A DNA stretch of 64,000 bases from Candidatus Hydrogenedentota bacterium (GCA_963745075.1 CAVUWV010000001.1:192001-256000), one strand, 5' to 3'; positions 28,182 through 39,160 are shown, counted from the first letter of the stretch. Translations and numbers: made by a program. The notes: generated from the sequence alone by a model not told the origin.

Positions 28182-28943
28182 ATGAAGAATGACACTGTGA
28201 TACGTAATTTGTGGATCGTGACTTTGGGATTGATGATCTCCGTCGCGGTGGCAAACGCTGCCCCGCCGTCGGGCGACGGCTGGGTGTCACTGTTTGACGG
28301 AAAGGATTTGGACGGTTGGACCGTTCCGTCGGGTAATGAAGGGCTCTGGAGCGTAATCGACGGCGTCATCGATTGCACGCCCAAGGCGAACCTCCCCGGT
28401 GACAACAGCCTGTGGACCACAAAGGAATTCGGCGACATTCAGTTGTACGTGGAATGGCGCATCAAGGAAACCAAGGGCGAGTACCCGATGCCGATCGTAC
28501 TGCCGGACGGAACAGACAAAACCGACGAAAACGGAAACGTGATCACCGTGCCGCGGCCCAACGCGGACTCCGGCATCTATCTGCGTGGAACGCCGAAGGC
28601 GCAGGTCAACATCTGGTGTTGGCCGATTGGTTCCGGCGAAGTGTACGGGTATCGGACCGACAAGAACCAGCCGGCGTCGGTTCGGGCCGGCGTGACCCCG
28701 TCGAAGAAGATGGACAAACCGGTCGGCGAATGGAACGCATTCCTTATCACCATGAAAGGCGATCGCTTGACCGTGGAACTCAACGGCGAGAAGGTGCTGG
28801 ACAACGCGGAATTGCCCGGCGTGCCTGAAAAAGGCGCCATCGCACTCCAATTACACGGCGGCTACGACGCCGCAACGGACACCTGGAACAGCGCATCGAG
28901 CCTCGTGCAGTTCCGGAATATCTACGTGAAGGAACTGAAGTAG
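28182..28943 (+). CDS. DUF1080 (3-keto-glycoside hydrolase/lyase family) protein
   Basis: GWVSLFDGKDLDGW, LWTTKEFGD..L.VEWR, DSGIYLRG, PVGEWN, GAIALQLHG, VQFRNIYVKEL; signal peptide. Confidence 0.93.
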   Translation: MKNDTVIRNLWIVTLGLMISVAVANAAPPSGDGWVSLFDGKDLDGWTVPSGNEGLWSVIDGVIDCTPKANLPGDNSLWTTKEFGDIQLYVEWRIKETKGEYPMPIVLPDGTDKTDENGNVITVPRPNADSGIYLRGTPKAQVNIWCWPIGSGEVYGYRTDKNQPASVRAGVTPSKKMDKPVGEWNAFLITMKGDRLTVELNGEKVLDNAELPGVPEKGAIALQLHGGYDAATDTWNSASSLVQFRNIYVKELK

Positions 28944-29001
28944 CCGTTGAAGTCGGGCTCGTTCTGGAGTCCGGGACGGTGACGTGTCGCCATTTTATAT
29001 T

Positions 29002-30468
29002 TTATCCGCCCTGCGCGGTCGCCGCGGCGACTTGATCGTACAGATTCATCACGGTTTCGGTAATCTTCTTGTCTGCCTCGACTTCAAGATAGCTTGAACG
29101 CGCTCGCCACGTTTCATACCCGCCCAGAGCGTGCTGCTCCGTCGTGGGCAGGTAACCGTTGTATCCATTGGCAAGTTCGATGGTGAAACTGTCGTCCACT
29201 GGACACTCCTGTTTCAAGTGGAGACCGATTTCCGCAAACACTTCGCACGGAATGGCCGATACCGCCACGTCTCCAACGCGAAACGCTTGCAGGATGACAG
29301 GAACGGTGTCGGGGTAATCATTGATTAAAACCGTCTCCCGCGCGTAGATCTCGGGCAGGGTCTTCATTTCCGGGCCGTCCGCCTGTGCGATGATTTCCCT
29401 TGCGCGGGTCAGCTCCGCCTCGTCGGGCTTGCGCACACCGAGTTCGATTTGTTCCTGCGCAGCAGCCAAGGGCAGCCACTCCTGGAACCTGACGTCCTGG
29501 TAGGCTTCGAAGACCACGGCGGCAGCCTTATTGCCCACTTTATTCATTTGTTCATAGGGTTGCTGCGGTTCACCCGGAACCGCGAAGTTGATGTTGTTGA
29601 TATTTCCGCTGGTACCGTTGGTCATGATGCCGACGAAGGGCGGATCCTGGTCCTCCGCGCCGAGCAGTTCCTTGATGCGATTTGCGAACACGCCGAAATA
29701 GTCGGCCGACGAATGGCCCGGACCTTCGCCGCCAATGTAATGGAGGGAGTAATTCGCGAGCAGGGCCAGCGGTTTCCCGTCTTTCGACTCGACCACGAGA
29801 AAGGAGATTTCCGGGTCGGTCGGACCCGAGGGTTCCAAGAGATCCTCGCTGGCCCGGGGCGGATTCATTTTGACCTGCTCGTCGTCGTTCCCGAAGGGGT
29901 CCGGGCCGATCGTGCCCGGCTTCATCTTCCAGCGCCGGTTAAAGACCTCATCCGGCAAGTTGCCCGACCCGAACCCGATGCGGGCGGGTTGACGATTGTT
30001 GAGGGCGCGCTGGATCGCGTCGGAGATACGGACCGTCAGGAACCGTTGGTAGTCCCGGTCGGGATCGGTTTGGAATACGGGGGTGGAACAGGGCGCTTCG
30101 TGTGTGTGGGTCGCGGAGATGAGGATGTGATCCGCGGGAAGGCCCGTAGCGGACTCCACCATCTGTTTGGCATTGTCCATGATCTCTTTCGGCACCATGC
30201 AACTGTCAACGACGGCGAACGCCAGTTGCGTCTTGCCATCGTCGAGAACCAGACTGCGTACGTGCAATTCGTCGTGCACGTGTTGCACGATGCGGTCGCG
30301 CATGTGCCCCGCGATGGAAAGCCCCAACCACGGCGATATGTTGCTCGTCGCGGCTCCCGCCTTGAACTCCACTGCATTCTCCTCTTGCGCCGTGGCCGGC
30401 CCCAGTGCCAAGACCGGCATAAGCGCTATTGACCCAATCACAATCATACACCGAATCTGTCTCGACAT
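29002..30468 (-). CDS. Neutral/alkaline ceramidase-like amidohydrolase
   Basis: HDELHVRSLVL, ISATHTH, FNRRW, GPTDPEI, NYSLHY, GTSGNIN, IPCEVF, ELANGYNGYLP, GGYE; signal peptide. Confidence 0.8.
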   Translation of the reverse strand: MSRQIRCMIVIGSIALMPVLALGPATAQEENAVEFKAGAATSNISPWLGLSIAGHMRDRIVQHVHDELHVRSLVLDDGKTQLAFAVVDSCMVPKEIMDNAKQMVESATGLPADHILISATHTHEAPCSTPVFQTDPDRDYQRFLTVRISDAIQRALNNRQPARIGFGSGNLPDEVFNRRWKMKPGTIGPDPFGNDDEQVKMNPPRASEDLLEPSGPTDPEISFLVVESKDGKPLALLANYSLHYIGGEGPGHSSADYFGVFANRIKELLGAEDQDPPFVGIMTNGTSGNINNINFAVPGEPQQPYEQMNKVGNKAAAVVFEAYQDVRFQEWLPLAAAQEQIELGVRKPDEAELTRAREIIAQADGPEMKTLPEIYARETVLINDYPDTVPVILQAFRVGDVAVSAIPCEVFAEIGLHLKQECPVDDSFTIELANGYNGYLPTTEQHALGGYETWRARSSYLEVEADKKITETVMNLYDQVAAATAQGG

Positions 30469-30496
30469 GATTCCAAACCCCTTGTGATCCACGGTT

Positions 30497-31888
30497 CTAG
30501 TAACTCGGCGAAGCGGTTTTGGTTTCATCGGTCAACTCGTGGACGGCGGCCACGATATCTTCCTCGACGGGAGGCGCCCATGGACCGTAAAACCCGTAGT
30601 AAATCATCGACGATTCGCCTTCGTATCCGCCTTCTCGAAGGACTCGCAGCGAAGGGATGTAAGAACATACGTCGTTTGCATAGGCGATGACGAACTGCTT
30701 GTCGCGGCCCAGCTCGTACTTGAGCCGGAGCGCATAGTCCACGGTTGCTTCGCCGCCCAGGACGGTCAATTGCAGCGTGTCGCCAAACTGCCAGACCTGG
30801 ACCGGATACGGGTACGTCGTGTCCAGGGCGCCCTTCTCGTTGAATTGTTCCATTAGTCCCTTGGCGCGCCGTTGGATATATACATTGGAATCCTGTAATT
30901 GCTTTTCGACTTCCTCCCGCGTCGGCGGTTCGCTCAGGGCCAGGGGAATCTCTTCGTACGCCGCATGGATGGGTCCCTGCACATCCGACATCGTTCCGTG
31001 TAGCACCGATTCGACTGCCTTGCCCAATTCCTCGCCGTATTGTTCGGCGAGTTTGATCTCCCGTCGGGGCAGCGGATTCTGGTCTCCACCGCAGCCCTCC
31101 ACGAACATCGCGGTCGTGCCGGGAAGCTGCTCTTCCAAGTACAGTTGCGCGAATCCCGCATAGTCTCCGCTCCACTGCTGGATGCCGAGCACCGTGTTGT
31201 GGCAGGCGTAGCCGAAGACGACGGCCTTTAACGAACCGTCGGCCGCCCGGGCGGATAGCACCGGCACATCGTGGTCGACCGGACCAATGGGGTTGAAGTC
31301 ATTGATGACGCCGTTGACGGTGTATTTCCTGCGGTTCTTCGCGAATCCCGCTTCGCCGATGCCCCAATGCAGCGTACCCGGTTCCAGATTTTCGACGCCC
31401 TGCCGGACGGCCGTGAGAATCAGGTCGGGAAGTTTGGCCGTGTAGGCTTCGACCAGGTCCCACTGTTCCTGCGTCAAACCATACATGCCGAAGAGGTTGT
31501 CGCGCAGCACCGGGCCGCTGTGCGTATGGGAAGCGGTAAGCATTACCCTTTCGCGGGGAATTCCGAATTCCTGCTGGATGCGTTCCGCGGTCGGACCGGA
31601 GATATTCGCCGGCAACCCAATGAGATCCGTCGTCACAATGACGGCCCGCGACCCCGTTTCGTCTTCGATGACGAGGGCCTTCGCCCAGAGGTCATGCAAC
31701 TTGCCGTTGGAGGGTTCGCTGCGGCTGGCGTAGCCCGCCATCCACATGTCCTTCTCGGGAGTGATGACACAACGGCCAACCCCTACCTTCATTACCTCCG
31801 CATGGGCGGAAGACGCGAACGCCATCCCAACTGCCAGTGAGAGTCCCGTGACGTACCAAAACGATGTCATAGCGCAAACATACCTCAT
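30497..31888 (-). CDS. Neutral/alkaline ceramidase-like amidohydrolase (tandem paralog)
   Basis: ITP...WMAGYASR, LWAKAL, TASHTHSGP, NRR, GPVDHDVPVL, YACHNT, GCGGDQNP, GE...DY, AYAND..YIPS, EGGYE. Confidence 0.82.
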   Translation of the reverse strand: MRYVCAMTSFWYVTGLSLAVGMAFASSAHAEVMKVGVGRCVITPEKDMWMAGYASRSEPSNGKLHDLWAKALVIEDETGSRAVIVTTDLIGLPANISGPTAERIQQEFGIPRERVMLTASHTHSGPVLRDNLFGMYGLTQEQWDLVEAYTAKLPDLILTAVRQGVENLEPGTLHWGIGEAGFAKNRRKYTVNGVINDFNPIGPVDHDVPVLSARAADGSLKAVVFGYACHNTVLGIQQWSGDYAGFAQLYLEEQLPGTTAMFVEGCGGDQNPLPRREIKLAEQYGEELGKAVESVLHGTMSDVQGPIHAAYEEIPLALSEPPTREEVEKQLQDSNVYIQRRAKGLMEQFNEKGALDTTYPYPVQVWQFGDTLQLTVLGGEATVDYALRLKYELGRDKQFVIAYANDVCSYIPSLRVLREGGYEGESSMIYYGFYGPWAPPVEEDIVAAVHELTDETKTASPSY

Positions 31889-32131
31889 CTGCTCGTCGTT
31901 GCGTTTGTTCGTCCGAAAAGGACAGCGGTCGCAGCCCCTGCCCCGCGGGGGAAACGGTACAGAAGCTGCAGAATTCGATCAAATCCAGCACATTTTCGAT
32001 GGACCGCCTACCTCGGTATGCTATGGTGATTCGCGTGTTTGTACCGGAATTGGCGCATTGAGGGAAGGACCAGCAGCAACTTCGGGATGCGATCGGGTAT
32101 TTGAAACGGGAAAATGCGGGGGAGAAGAAAA

Positions 32132-34127
32132 ATGGAATGTTTGGGAGCCGGGCCGAGACGATCGATGTTTATCGGTTTCGTGGCTTTCGTCATATACCTT
32201 GGCACCGCAGCTGCAGTTGCGCAAGATCGCCTCGCGCCGAAGCCGATGTCTAGCCATCCCGGTAACGTCTACGTGGTGGGGGAAGAGGTGACGGTTGCAG
32301 CACCGGAGCAATTGGATTCTGCCGCGGTGGCTTGGCGTGCGGTCGATGATGCAGGGCAGGAGATCGCGCACGGCGCGCTGGACCAGGACATTGCGTTGGG
32401 GACACTGGGTATCGGCTGGTACGAGGTCGCGTTTCTAGACGCCGACGATCGAACCGTGGCCCGCACGACGGCGGCCGTGCTCGCGCCTTGGCACGGTCCC
32501 ATCCCCGAGGATTCTCCGGTTTGTTTGGATGCGGCAGTTTCGTGGTTCGCGACGGACGATCCCGCGACGCAAGAGGCGTACGCTTCGCTGGCGGCGTTAG
32601 CCGGGGCGAATTGGATACGCGACCGCCTCCGCTGGCGGGAAATCGAACCGGAACGGGGACAGTTCGCACCGCCCACACAGTATGACGAGGCCGCGCGCAT
32701 CCAGCATACGCAGGGACTGAACGTGTTGCAGGTGTGGCACGATACGCCGAGGTGGGCGTTAAATCAGAATGAAGATAACGGCCGGTTCCCCCCCGACTTG
32801 CGCGATGTTTACGAATTCTCGAAGACGGTCGCCCATCGGTTTGACGGCACGGTCCAGGCGTGGGAACCTTGGAACGAAGCGAACTCCGGGAACTTCGGAG
32901 GTCAAACCATCGACGAAATGTGCGCCAGCCAGAAGGCGGCCTATCTCGGATTCAAGGCGGGGAATCCGGAGCTAACGGTGTGCTGGCAACCCATCGGCGG
33001 CGTCAATCCCGCGAGTATGGTCGATGGAATCCTGGCCAACGAAACATGGCCCTACTACGAAGTGTATTCGATCCACTCCTATGACTGGCCCGACTCCTAC
33101 GACCGGCTTTGGGAACCGGCCCGGCGGGCCGCGTCGGGGCGGCCCATCTGGGTTACCGAGTGCGACCGAGGCATGCGGCCCGATCCTGACTCGAAGTGGG
33201 GCGATTTCACCCAGGAAGACGCGATTAAGAAGGCGGCGTTCATGGCGCAATCGTATGCGACCAGCCTGTTCTCGGGCTCGAGCCGGCACTTCCATTTCAT
33301 TCTTGGTTTCTACATGGAGCAAAAGGGGGCCGTTCAATTCAGCCTGTTGCGCAAGGACCTGACCCCCCGGCCGAGCTACGTGGCCCTCGCGGCACTGGGA
33401 CGATTCCTGGCGGGCGGGACCTGTCTGGGACGTTGGCCCATAGACGCGCAGCCGAACGCCCATGTCTACGCCTTTCGCGCGTCACCGGACGATGTACCGC
33501 GTGATGTGCTCGTCGCTTGGGTCGAGGTGCCCGGCGACTGGGATAAACGGGGCAACACGACACTCGAATGGGCATTGCCAACCGGCGTGTCGGTTTTGGA
33601 CGCGTACGACTATCTCGGCCGCCGTCTCGATGCCGGTGTCCCGAAGGAATTGCAGTCGCGCGCCGTGTTTGTTGTATTGCCTCGGAACGAAGCCGAGAAA
33701 CTGACCCTCGAACCGGCCCGGAAGAGTGCGCGTCGTGAAGGCGAACCTTCCAGTATCGTTCTGCAACTGGAAATGGCGAACCGCGTGGTCGTGGATAAGA
33801 CGCAGGGGTGGACACCTCAATTCGAGCGGGCGGTCCCGGCTGCCACGCCCACGGAGCTGCGGATTATCGCTTACAATTTCGGCCCCGAACCGCAGACCGG
33901 TACGCTCGCTTTCGAGAATGTGCCGGAAGGATTGGGAACTCGCGTCGCACGATTGGAACGTGACCCTGCCGCCGATGGAACGCATGATTCTGAAGACTAC
34001 CGTCACGATTGCCGAGCGGCCCCCGGATGGCGAGCCGGCGTGGGTCACGGTGCGCGGCGCCTTCGAGAATACGCCGTCTCCCGTCGCGTCGTTTCGGTTT
34101 TTCACGTTGCATGAGGAGAAGTCGTGA
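32132..34127 (+). CDS. Clan GH-A (GH39/GH5-like) glycoside hydrolase, +1 frameshift near 33932
   Basis: GANWIRD...WREIEPERG, acid/base WEPWNEAN, SIHSY and nucleophile IWVTEC. The C-terminus continues in the next frame (WELASHDWNVTLPP...). Confidence 0.75.
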
Positions 34128-34184
34128 TTTACATGGAAATACTCCGCGAGCTACCCGTTACCGGGCCGGTTCTTCACGTCGTCC

Positions 34185-34215
34185 TTGACCTTCAATCCAA
34201 GCTTCGGTCTATACT
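34185..34215 (+). promoter_or_regulatory. Putative sigma70 promoter giving a leaderless pspC-domain mRNA
   Basis: TTGACC-19-TATACT ends 6 nt before ATG 34222; there is no Shine-Dalgarno. Confidence 0.45.
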
Positions 34216-34221
34216 TCGCCC

Positions 34222-35091
34222 ATGTCTGACGACGCACCAAAACTGACCGAGCGCCAGGAGCGCCGCATTACGCAATACCTTCGGGACGTGGGAGGGCAGC
34301 TTCAGGACATCCCGTCCCGCGACCGCGAATCCGCTCTTTCCACGCTGAACACGCGAATCGAGAAGGAGTTGAAGCGGTTCCCCAACGGCATTGCGGATAT
34401 CGACCTGGAAAACGTGTTGGGGATTCTTGGCAGCCCGGCGCGACAGGCCTCGCGTCTGGTCCCATCCGACACGTTTACGGCGCGCACGTTCGTGTCGTGG
34501 CCGGATCGGGTGTGGCTTGGCGTTTGCGCGGGAATCGCCCGGAAACTCGATATCGACGCCAATATCGTTCGCCTGATTGCTATTCTCATGGGACTGGTTT
34601 TGCCGCTGTTGCCCGTCTTGTTCCTGGTATACATCGGCATATTTCTTTGGGATTACTTCTCGGGCGAACGCCGCGGTATCGAACCCATCGAGCCGGTCAA
34701 ACTCGGAAAGACGCTCGCCATCACGCTGGGCGTAATTCTCGGTTTGCATTGGGGCGCGTGGTTCCTGCTCGTCTTCGTGGCTCGGGGATACCAGGAGATT
34801 GCCGCGCAACCGCTCATGCTCGAGCGGCGTTGGAGTTGGCTCATGCAGGACGCGGGGACGTGCTTGTTCTGGGTGTTGGTGCTCGCCCTGCCGGTGGCCG
34901 CCATCTCCGCCCTGCCCGTGCCCAAAGTCTGGGCCAACACCTTGCGCAAGACCGTTCACGCGGGACTCGCCGTCTATGCGATTTGGTTGTGTTACGGTAT
35001 CGCCAGCGTGATCGTCGGAATCATCCTCTCCAGCGTTGGACAATTCTCCGGAACCGCCGGAACGGACGCCATCTTTTCCCTGATCCGGTAA
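34222..35091 (+). CDS. HAAS (DUF1700-like) + PspC domain membrane protein
   Basis: N-terminal YLRDV...L..LGSPA (HAAS). PspC motif DRVWLGVCAGIARKLDIDANIVRL. Further TM helices follow. Confidence 0.8.
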   Translation: MSDDAPKLTERQERRITQYLRDVGGQLQDIPSRDRESALSTLNTRIEKELKRFPNGIADIDLENVLGILGSPARQASRLVPSDTFTARTFVSWPDRVWLGVCAGIARKLDIDANIVRLIAILMGLVLPLLPVLFLVYIGIFLWDYFSGERRGIEPIEPVKLGKTLAITLGVILGLHWGAWFLLVFVARGYQEIAAQPLMLERRWSWLMQDAGTCLFWVLVLALPVAAISALPVPKVWANTLRKTVHAGLAVYAIWLCYGIASVIVGIILSSVGQFSGTAGTDAIFSLIR

Positions 35092-35102
35092 GCGTCTGCG
35101 GA

Positions 35103-37148
35103 CTAAGCGTCCGGATGGCAGGACAGCACCCGCATCGATTTTTTCGCGACGACCATCGTATGCCCGGCCTGCATGCGGTGAGCTTCTTGGGCGGCGACGA
35201 TGTCGCGCGGAGGTGTGGCGGCCGTATCGATGCGCACGCGCCACGGCCGTTCCGGCACGGTGAATGGAATCGTTTTCATGGAAGGATTGAACATGAAATA
35301 GAGCCAGACGCCGCCGTTCTCCGTGCCGTTTATCATGCAGGCCAGGGACGGATCCTCCGGCGTCCACATCTGGGCAGTACCTTCGGCGTCAAACCATAGC
35401 AAGTCCACTTCGGCGCCCGGTTTGCTGGGTCGCCCCGTGAAATACGAACGCCGTGCAAACACGGGGTTTTCCCGGCGAAATTGAATCATTGCCTTGCAGA
35501 ACTCAAAAAGTTCGCGATTCGCATCCCGCAGCGACCAGTCTATCCAGGAAATGGCGTTGTCTTGGCAGTATGCGTTGTTGTTGCCCCCCTGCGTGCGGCC
35601 GAATTCGTCGCCCCCCAGGATCATGGGAACGCCGAGCGACAGGAACAGCGTCGCGAGAAAATTCTTCTGCATGCGAAGGCGCAACATGTTGACTTCCGGA
35701 TCGTCGGTCTCGCCTTCCTCGCCGCAATTCCAACTGTGGTTCTCGTCCTGGCCGTCGCGGTCCTTCTCTCCGTTCGCGTCATTGTGCTTTTGGTTGTAAG
35801 ACACCAAATCGCGCAGCGTGAATCCGTCGTGACACGTGACGAAGTTAATGCTATGCAGCGGCGTGCGGCCGTCGTCTCCGTACAAGTCGGGACTTCCAGT
35901 GAGCCGAAGCGCGAAGTTCCCCTTGATTGCCTTGTCCCCCCGCCAAAAGCGCCGGATGTCGTCCCGGTATGGACCGTTCCATTCGGACCATTCCTGACCG
36001 CCAAAAGCCCCCACGAGATAGCCCCCCCCAACGTCCCAAGGTTCGGCGATGAGCTTCACTTCCCGCAATACGGGGTCTTCGGACATATGTTCGACGAGGG
36101 GACCCGTGTACATCATATGTCCCGCGCGGTCCCGGCGAAGGATTGGCGCGAGATCGAAGCGAAACCCGTCGACCCCCATTCGCGTGACCCAATAGCGCAA
36201 GCTGTCCAGGATGAAATCCCGCACGATAGGGTGATTGCAGTTGAACGTATTGCCGCAACCCGTGAGATCGCGGTAGCGGCCCCGGTCGTCGAGCAAGTAG
36301 TAAATGCTGTTGTCGATCCCTTGAAAACTCTGCGCCGGTTCCGGCCCGTCTTTCTCGGAGGTGTGGTTATAGACCACATCGAGGATTACCTCGATTCCCG
36401 CGTCATGGAGCGCGTCGACCATCGCCCGAAACTCGGTAACAACACTCGGTGCGGACAGGTCCGTTGCGTAACGCGGGTTCGGCGCAAAAAATCCGATGGT
36501 GCTGTAACCCCAGTAATTCGTGAGCGACGTGTCGGTTTCGGGACTTTTCCGGGGGAGCGAGTTCTCTCCGCATGCCTGCACCGGCAACAACTCGACGGCC
36601 GTAACGCCCAGTTCCTTCAGGTGGGGGATCTTGTCGATGAGGTCTCGGTACGTCCCGCCATGCACCGCTCCGTCAGATTCGTGTGCCGTAAACCCGCGCA
36701 CATGGGTCTCGTAGATTATCGTCTGGCTCATGGGGATGCGCGGACGGGCATTGGTGCTCCACCCCGATTCGGGTTCCATGACAACGCACTTGGCGCCAGC
36801 GTGGGCCGGATGCTCCGTATACCCTCGGGCATACGGGTCCAGCAGCGAAGACTTCGGGTCGAACCGGTGACCGCGGATGCGCCGGCGTGGCCCATCCATT
36901 CGGTACGTGTACAACGTTCCCACGGACAGGCCTTCGACGAAGACGCTCCAAACGTCTCCAACACGGTGTTCTTTGCGATCCAATGCAATTTCGTGGGACG
37001 GGCTATCGGCCGCGGCGTCGTCGTAAAACGTCAACCATACCCGCGTGGCATTTCGACTCACAATGGAAAACTGTACACCGTTGCTATCAGGCGTGGCGCC
37101 CAGCGGGCAACCTCTTCCGGGCCGTACCGTGAGTTCAGACCATTTCAT
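35103..37148 (-). CDS. glgX: Glycogen debranching enzyme (GH13 isoamylase type)
   Basis: PLGAT, LLDPYAR, IYETHVRGFT, NYWGYST, DVVYNHT, DGFRFDLA, KLIAEPWD, NFVTCHDGFTL, GNNNAYCQDN. Confidence 0.97.
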   Translation of the reverse strand: MKWSELTVRPGRGCPLGATPDSNGVQFSIVSRNATRVWLTFYDDAAADSPSHEIALDRKEHRVGDVWSVFVEGLSVGTLYTYRMDGPRRRIRGHRFDPKSSLLDPYARGYTEHPAHAGAKCVVMEPESGWSTNARPRIPMSQTIIYETHVRGFTAHESDGAVHGGTYRDLIDKIPHLKELGVTAVELLPVQACGENSLPRKSPETDTSLTNYWGYSTIGFFAPNPRYATDLSAPSVVTEFRAMVDALHDAGIEVILDVVYNHTSEKDGPEPAQSFQGIDNSIYYLLDDRGRYRDLTGCGNTFNCNHPIVRDFILDSLRYWVTRMGVDGFRFDLAPILRRDRAGHMMYTGPLVEHMSEDPVLREVKLIAEPWDVGGGYLVGAFGGQEWSEWNGPYRDDIRRFWRGDKAIKGNFALRLTGSPDLYGDDGRTPLHSINFVTCHDGFTLRDLVSYNQKHNDANGEKDRDGQDENHSWNCGEEGETDDPEVNMLRLRMQKNFLATLFLSLGVPMILGGDEFGRTQGGNNNAYCQDNAISWIDWSLRDANRELFEFCKAMIQFRRENPVFARRSYFTGRPSKPGAEVDLLWFDAEGTAQMWTPEDPSLACMINGTENGGVWLYFMFNPSMKTIPFTVPERPWRVRIDTAATPPRDIVAAQEAHRMQAGHTMVVAKKSMRVLSCHPDA

Positions 37149-38195
37149 TCACACCGTTCTTTCTACATAATCTTCACTATCGCCTCGGGCGGTCCCACGG
37201 GCAGTCGGCTCCGATTGCCGTCCCAATCGACCCCCGCGCATTTTACCCAGTATACCCAACATCATGTCGAGATTCTGAATTGCACTCTGCGGGGACGTTG
37301 GCGCGATGCCAATTCCGAAGTCACGGACGATCGCGCACAACAGGTCTTCCCGTTCGACCGCACCGGCCGGGGTAACGAGTTTGGACCGGTAGACACCGTC
37401 TTCCGGCGTGTAGCCCTCAACACGGGTTTCCCAACCGTTCAGGACACATCGGCGGACGTGTCCCGGCGGTTCTACAGAATTGCGCGTGATTATGGTGCAC
37501 TCGACAACCTGGTCCGACACGTCGCGAACCCGAAAACGGGCGGTGGCTTCGTAGCCCGCGAATTGGACCGCTAAACTGGACCAGTCCACCGCGCAACCGG
37601 GCACCAGTTCCAACAACATGCTAAGCGGATGAGGGGAGAGGTCGAGCCATATCCGCCCGGGATCGGGAACCCGGCCGCGTGCCGGGGATTCCAGGTGGCC
37701 CTCGAATGTGCGCAATGATTCGTTCGGCGCCGACTTGCGCCAGAGATCTGCAAACCAGCGCGCGCCCACACTGTACTGCGTGCACACGCCGAGGCACAGA
37801 TCCGATCGAGCGGCACGATTCATCAAGGCGTTGGCTTCGGCAAGCAGTTCGTCGTGACGGCGGGTCGCATCGAACACGAAAGGCTTTTCGCACAGGACGT
37901 GCGCGCCCGCGTCAAGGGCTGCCCGGCAATGGCTCGCATGCAATTCGGGTGGCGAACAGACATCGACGATATCCGGATTCAGCTCCGCAAGCATCGAAGT
38001 GATGTCGGTATAGCCGCGGCCCTGGAATCCGAAGAGATCGCGGAGAGCCGCGCCGGTCTTACGGACCGTGGCGGAAGAAGATCCGGCAAAGGCGCAAACG
38101 TCCGCACCGTTCAACGCCCACCACTTCGCATGATGCTTCCCGATGCCGCTGGCTCCCACCACGGCCACCCGCGTTTTCCCGGGGCCTACCACCAC
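37149..38195 (-). CDS. Gfo/Idh/MocA oxidoreductase
   Basis: VAVVGASGIGKHHA, DIVDVCSP, AHVLCEKP, DLSPH. Confidence 0.85.
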   Translation of the reverse strand: MVVGPGKTRVAVVGASGIGKHHAKWWALNGADVCAFAGSSSATVRKTGAALRDLFGFQGRGYTDITSMLAELNPDIVDVCSPPELHASHCRAALDAGAHVLCEKPFVFDATRRHDELLAEANALMNRAARSDLCLGVCTQYSVGARWFADLWRKSAPNESLRTFEGHLESPARGRVPDPGRIWLDLSPHPLSMLLELVPGCAVDWSSLAVQFAGYEATARFRVRDVSDQVVECTIITRNSVEPPGHVRRCVLNGWETRVEGYTPEDGVYRSKLVTPAGAVEREDLLCAIVRDFGIGIAPTSPQSAIQNLDMMLGILGKMRGGRLGRQSEPTARGTARGDSEDYVERTV

Positions 38196-39160
38196 TCGTC
38201 ATCCTCCTCGTCCCGTCGAAGTTCTTCCTCGTCCCACGGGGTGAGTTCCCAATCCTCTTCGTCTGTGAGGGCGTCCTCCTTCTCCTCATCCTCTTCCCAC
38301 TGTTGGAGGGTTGCCCGCCCTTTCCGCCGTTTTCGCACGTAGGCCATGATGGTGAGGATCGCCATGATCTGGAATACCGAGAATCCTGACACAAGAGAAA
38401 AGATCAGGGCAACTTTCCAGAGCGACCGAACCCACGCATTGTAGAAGTCCAGGGGCGAGATCGACGCCTCGGCCCGGAGCGCGTCGCCGAACGTTTCGGT
38501 CTTCGTGGCATAAACGACCCGCCAGAATGCGTCGTCACCCAATTCGTTCATCAGGAACCGGGTCATCGATAAAGCTTGGGCGTACGCGTCGCCGAATTCG
38601 GTCTCCTTGCCCGGCTCCAGGAACACGAAGAACATGTCGCGGTAGGGGATGAGCCGCCCCTGCACGTACATCTCACCGACTCTGAGGCTGCTGCCGATCC
38701 GATGCTCGCCGGACACGACCATGGCGATGCCTTCGTTCAGCCAGCGGGGAAGGTTGCCGCTGCCCGAGTTGCGCGCGAGGAGCACATGAATCAACTCATG
38801 GCGCAACGTGCCCTTGTAGTCTGCGCCACCCTCGACGAGGTTCGGTGTCTTTACAACAATGACGCCCTTTTCGGGGAGGGCGATTCCGGTCACGGAGGTC
38901 TGGCTTAGGCTGCCGGCATACCGCGCGAATTCGCCGTGCGTCTCGCAGATGACGACCTGGATCGGCGCATCCCCCGCGGGCAAACGGTCCCGGAAATCGC
39001 TCAGGCTCGTTTGGAGAACACTCAGGCTCGCTTCGGCGAGTTTACGGCGATCCTGCGGGTAGACCACGTGAAACGGCGCCGCGTCGATTACGTCTGCAAA
39101 CGCCGCAAGACACACGAGGACAGCCGGCAGCACGAGGGCGACTACGCGGTGAAAGCGCAT
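38186..39160 (-). CDS. Peptidase MA-like (gluzincin) membrane-anchored metallopeptidase
   Basis: Signal peptide, LRHELIH...PRWLNEGIA, AYAQA. C-terminal TM segment followed by a basic patch and an acidic tail. Confidence 0.85.
   Translation of the reverse strand: MRFHRVVALVLPAVLVCLAAFADVIDAAPFHVVYPQDRRKLAEASLSVLQTSLSDFRDRLPAGDAPIQVVICETHGEFARYAGSLSQTSVTGIALPEKGVIVVKTPNLVEGGADYKGTLRHELIHVLLARNSGSGNLPRWLNEGIAMVVSGEHRIGSSLRVGEMYVQGRLIPYRDMFFVFLEPGKETEFGDAYAQALSMTRFLMNELGDDAFWRVVYATKTETFGDALRAEASISPLDFYNAWVRSLWKVALIFSLVSGFSVFQIMAILTIMAYVRKRRKGRATLQQWEEDEEKEDALTDEEDWELTPWDEEELRRDEEDDEWW

Noticed and set aside
35481..37574. 697-aa plus-strand ORF, and similar long antisense ORFs (5622-6785, 17321-18724, 48480-49613, 57988-59439)
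   Set aside because: These mirror well-supported genes on the other strand, as expected from GC-rich codon bias.
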